Shown in pieces: positions 60,901-64,000 of a stretch of 64,000 bases of DNA. The position numbers and the translations under genes were made by a program. The stretch covers positions 941,910 through 1,005,909 of the forward strand of contig JAHPZH010000002.1 of NCBI GenBank assembly GCA_019058315.1, given 5' to 3'. The first letter of the stretch is position 1. Each line of letters starts with the position of its first letter. This DNA comes from Candidatus Helarchaeota archaeon. GTDB lineage: Archaea > Asgardarchaeota > Lokiarchaeia > Helarchaeales > RDOG01. The notes under the pieces were generated by a model. The model made no database searches. It was not told the origin of the DNA and was given only the letters and a program-made list of their open reading frames with translations.

Positions 60901-63900
60901 TTGTTAACCCAAATTCGGAGTTTATTTGTTTTTCCATCTTTTATATATTCATTAAAAGTAATGTCATTTACATGCCCCTCAAATAATACAGTATCTTGCA
61001 AACCGTGAAATTCCTTCCACATGTCAATTATTTTTACATGCATTAATGGTTCTTCCATATTAGGAGGTAGATTATAATTAACATTAAGTATGCTTAACTC
61101 CTCTAGAACTCCATAAGTCTGCGGGATAAATCTAAATTCTATAGATCTTCCGGGAGCAACTCTTTTCTTAAAGTCTATATCTATAATAAGACTATTCAGA
61201 TAGAATTCTTGCCTTATTAGATTAAGAAGTACCCAAATTTCATCAGATTGTAGGTGCATTAAGATATGTGGATCATCATCTATATAACCACTGAAGCCCG
61301 TTAACCAAAACAAACTAGACCAATCAAAAACAAAATGAGCCCCAATAGGAATACCAGCACCGTCAATATCTGGTATAAAGCTTACCAATCTTCCATCAAC
61401 CCAAATTCCACCTTTTAACCAAGCACCTCCAAACCCAAACTCGGGTGGACATCCACCAGATATAATCATGCTGTTAATCTTACCACCAGGCATTATGGGA
61501 ACTTCTACAGATTCATGTCCAATAGTTTCAGTATATGGAAATTCGCCACAGTAATAATAATACCATATATTCATGATTCCATGATGAATAGAGACAGTCC
61601 ATGAGAATGATGGCTCATATGCAGCTTGAGGACCGAATATTTGGTAGTGGTATGAATGACCATTTACATATAATCCCGTATAAGATTCTTTTTTACCATC
61701 TTGATCTCTATCAGGAGCATAAAGGTCGAATGGTGTAAATTCTACAAAACTTCCTTGTTCTGAGAATATGGGATAATAATATTCTTTCATTTCATTTATA
61801 TTTTGATAGAAAATCTCTCCTGGAATATCTAATACAGTATCAATTCCAAACATATCTGGTGATGTCTCTCGTGGTGTACCTTTGGGATGAGAAATATGAG
61901 TAAATGGACGATTACCAGTAAAAATAAATGATCCATAACTTTCGAGATATATTTCTAATAATGAAGCCTGAGCAAAGAAATGAATCCTGTCCTCATAACT
62001 ACCAGATAGAGAGCTCTGATAATCATTATAACGACGTGCATATATGTCTGGATAAAGATCCGAAACTTGTATTATTATTCCATTATATTCAGAAGTCATC
62101 GGTGTAAATGGTCTTCCTCCAATTCCACCCAGAGACCAAACACAAGTAAATATGTCTCTATACATATAGTCTGCAGTTACATTATATCCTCCAATGATAT
62201 GGATTTGATTTGTCATTAATAATGCTGTTGATGTATAGATAGCATGTTCCTTCATAATCATTTCAGAAGCATAATAGGAACTATCGGAATACCATTGATA
62301 AGTAGGATCATAAGCAATTAGTTTAAACCTGCCAGAAGGTAAATTTGTAATATAAATTGGAGAGGTCAAACCATTCCTTGGCGAAAGGCTTTCAATGCAA
62401 AACCTAAACCAATTTCCTGGCTGATGCTCTCCTTCTGCATCGGTCCATGGTATTTCTGATATTTTAATTAAAAAAGTATGTATTTCTCTTTCCAAAAGTA
62501 ACGTATATGTAGCCGTACAAGTTAAATCGGTTGCAATATTGAGTGTGTTATATTCTATTTCTTCCCCATCAACCCATAAAGATACAGGATTTTTCTTGGT
62601 TTGGATAGTAAATGTATACTCATCTGTTGAAGTGATTAGTAGATTGGTGAAGTAATATTTGTTATAGTTTATTTTTAATTCATCAGCAGCATAATGATAG
62701 CCGGATATAGTGACATAATCCATTTCTGAACGAATTATTGGATTATACCATCCATTCATCATTTCAGTTTGTGCATATCGTCCATTTTGGCTTAAGTGGT
62801 TTAAATTAAAATTATAACTAAAAGGTTCATCACTTATATCATCACCGTCTATGTCTCCAAATTTATGGGGTTCAGTGGGTGATACACGCCAATCAATAAC
62901 ATAATTATTTCTCGCATCCGTTCTATAATCTATTCTAATAATTACTGCTTTTGACGGTGCTTTTTTAAATTCTATGATTCCTAATGACTCAAATACATCA
63001 TATGATGAGGGATCTTGTTTTAAATCATCGAAATAGACACCATCTTTATCATTATCCCATGTTAATATTGGAGTATATTTAAGTTGGAATACAGCATTAA
63101 TTCCATCATTACCATATATTCGCTCTTTTTCAATTCTTTCAGGATTAAAAGCTATTGGTCTTTCTAAAAATTTATTAAAATAGAATGTAGTAAGCCCGAA
63201 GCTAGTTAAAGGTTCACTATAAGGTGCGTATTCACGGTATATTAAGTCGAAATATCCATCCACACCTGTCGATTGATATGAATTTAAATATATATTTCCG
63301 TAATAATATGGTTTCTCTACACTATTCTCTTTACACATCTGATCCACATAATATGGCAAAAATACATTGACAAAATTCCATGATTCTATATCTGTTTCCA
63401 ATGGAATTTCCCAATCAATGATTGAAGACTCAAAACTCTCCGCACTTGTGAACCAAATGGTTCCGAGCAATGTTGAAGCATCAAAACCATATAGATCGAC
63501 ACCTAAAGCGAGGGGTGGGGTTTTTATTCGTTCTATATAAATTAAATACTCACCATCAAGGAGATTCCAATGATCACCATCATGGAATTGAGAATTTGAA
63601 AAGCCATTTAATTCAGGATCGTATGCTATCATTATAGTTTCATTGGGTGGACCATACAATTCAATTATATTTGTACTTCCTATTAAAAGTTCAGAACTTG
63701 GAATGTCAATTGAACACCAATACCATTGATTATTTAAAACTTTGACTTTGAACTCATAATTATTTACTCTACCTTGAATTCTAGGTGATGTAGAATAGAT
63801 TAAAGCTTTAAGAGAAATAGAATTATATTTTAAATCCTCTGGATTATTACCAATTATTATTGACTTTTGCAATTTCTCGTCAGTTATCAACTCCAAATAG

Positions 63901-64000
63901 AAATCAAACTCCCCATTAATTTCCGTAGCTCCTGTTTCCCATGCTATATATGAATAAAATCGTTCCTTATCTTTATAAATTATCCCCATATAAAATGGAT
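57951..64000 (-). CDS. Giant protein (>2000 aa), 5' end beyond window
   Basis: Frame is open to the window edge; acidic and aromatic-rich; DxDxDG-like motifs; Gly/Ala-rich hydrophobic segment near the C-terminus. Confidence 0.8.
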   Translation of the reverse strand, partial: PFYMGIIYKDKERFYSYIAWETGATEINGEFDFYLELITDEKLQKSIIIGNNPEDLKYNSISLKALIYSTSPRIQGRVNNYEFKVKVLNNQWYWCSIDIPSSELLIGSTNIIELYGPPNETIMIAYDPELNGFSNSQFHDGDHWNLLDGEYLIYIERIKTPPLALGVDLYGFDASTLLGTIWFTSAESFESSIIDWEIPLETDIESWNFVNVFLPYYVDQMCKENSVEKPYYYGNIYLNSYQSTGVDGYFDLIYREYAPYSEPLTSFGLTTFYFNKFLERPIAFNPERIEKERIYGNDGINAVFQLKYTPILTWDNDKDGVYFDDLKQDPSSYDVFESLGIIEFKKAPSKAVIIRIDYRTDARNNYVIDWRVSPTEPHKFGDIDGDDISDEPFSYNFNLNHLSQNGRYAQTEMMNGWYNPIIRSEMDYVTISGYHYAADELKINYNKYYFTNLLITSTDEYTFTIQTKKNPVSLWVDGEEIEYNTLNIATDLTCTATYTLLLEREIHTFLIKISEIPWTDAEGEHQPGNWFRFCIESLSPRNGLTSPIYITNLPSGRFKLIAYDPTYQWYSDSSYYASEMIMKEHAIYTSTALLMTNQIHIIGGYNVTADYMYRDIFTCVWSLGGIGGRPFTPMTSEYNGIIIQVSDLYPDIYARRYNDYQSSLSGSYEDRIHFFAQASLLEIYLESYGSFIFTGNRPFTHISHPKGTPRETSPDMFGIDTVLDIPGEIFYQNINEMKEYYYPIFSEQGSFVEFTPFDLYAPDRDQDGKKESYTGLYVNGHSYHYQIFGPQAAYEPSFSWTVSIHHGIMNIWYYYYCGEFPYTETIGHESVEVPIMPGGKINSMIISGGCPPEFGFGGAWLKGGIWVDGRLVSFIPDIDGAGIPIGAHFVFDWSSLFWLTGFSGYIDDDPHILMHLQSDEIWVLLNLIRQEFYLNSLIIDIDFKKRVAPGRSIEFRFIPQTYGVLEELSILNVNYNLPPNMEEPLMHVKIIDMWKEFHGLQDTVLFEGHVNDITFNEYIKDGKTNKLRIWVNKYNSYRVIITPSITMEFNYYWAAETNFRDKDEFEENRDMDWIKWALLDTSYKINKSIGEVIPTDNGKYMWEGLNDPYIPNYGVLVRPLIDYYDRIIVDFARFGNSYDGVTIPCIIQANDNGGGFVAYTMSQNPITLFHLNTSFTAAYITNFITLQQLTTITSNRYKNMIGNIHKRVFGFDLLDMNPSTGAFGIDWEGYWPAVTTDFIPATYSFNRPIYNKAWGTVLPTWYAPLFHALNFLVMPITAFLMMPEVLFGPPLPLSDLAEPGLFGGVWGADWYGYFTGFSHMGINDHDYRSYYTDWELYEQYTDPDMPFNEKTLRDPGFGWSEFGEPLQLRIATSEPLEWEMFNTYGTLLRLPFVILQDITFEIRLDAALKAHFPDVNNAYIWIESNFQNSYGEEEDSSWMKEARDAYEYLPSEEYNFLLKSGNIINVEGIKLDTFESTTSNSYELTHIPLDHENMIIIDQNINQPFDYTDEINSGYQYTVEIEEFLLKSPIFTIHLYLDGAPYSPGGNDITIQYETVFYKDIDYKHIKDEESPYYNSIQWVGDTPKADSTFYITYVYASNEAEPFKLDLNKDIHKVSLGYPLDNFIWNSWLSMLGAEVQIPWLTIKIYDYDPEQYAMENYGKDFNSLTLEQQNEFRRGHLLDVKYMGIPLEIDKDYKLAYSSYKALHKLTMKDWEWYTAYFEPIVKIGVCIAAIASTIISYGATSPAAIALIAYTVADTVSELFLHAGLLTLAARGIAGLAGELAGSPRTGYAFANFEFSNPIPQAAQWYINTGPIIGGYAPKFFYGHVVNYVIGAVISYILDEGIDTAIKKVGGKLGFDMRSKAEKAEEVRAQRAYLTSLEGAGDIPSIRETFYEPLERVSKLDEDILGRPLQAGASIEIFGQLIEKPSFLFGRRVTEPQVYKFPDAKLFYNPFGDDYTFIPKTMENNIRSLQRSLYYSYKITRTKKFRSEIMLGMSWDTFKRDIGRIVGYSPFS

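Noticed and set aside
1-64000. tRNA or rRNA genes
   Set aside because: No GC-rich structured segment or tRNA T-loop context was recognised by eye.

Overview
AT-rich archaeal chromosomal window, by inference from an Asgard (Lokiarchaeia-like) archaeon. It carries two Rab-like small GTPases, six longin-like proteins (three fused to 7TM domains, one to a single-pass beta-propeller receptor, one to a long TPR solenoid, one stand-alone), LRR/TPR proteins and C-terminally anchored surface proteins. The left end (1-5012) is a chemosensory cluster: cheC, cheR, cheB, a histidine pseudokinase and an MCP. The main unexplained structure spans about 5970-27665: seven co-oriented intergenic copies plus one half copy of a 28-bp imperfectly palindromic sequence, ATACCCAATTT-CAGACT-TAACTGCGATT (11-6-11, the geometry of dif/tyrosine-recombinase sites). 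The copies divide the region into 0.7-6 kb modules of unrelated cargo, and they drift from consensus left to right, suggesting a polarised gene-cassette array. No recombinase is visible in the window. Many orphan gene 3' fragments and a truncated IS200/IS605 tnpB also occur. The right half holds metabolic and regulatory genes, a propeller-subtilase-propeller surface operon and the 3' part of a giant (>2000 aa) protein. No rRNA, tRNA or CRISPR array was recognised. All product calls come from motifs read by eye; no database searches were run.
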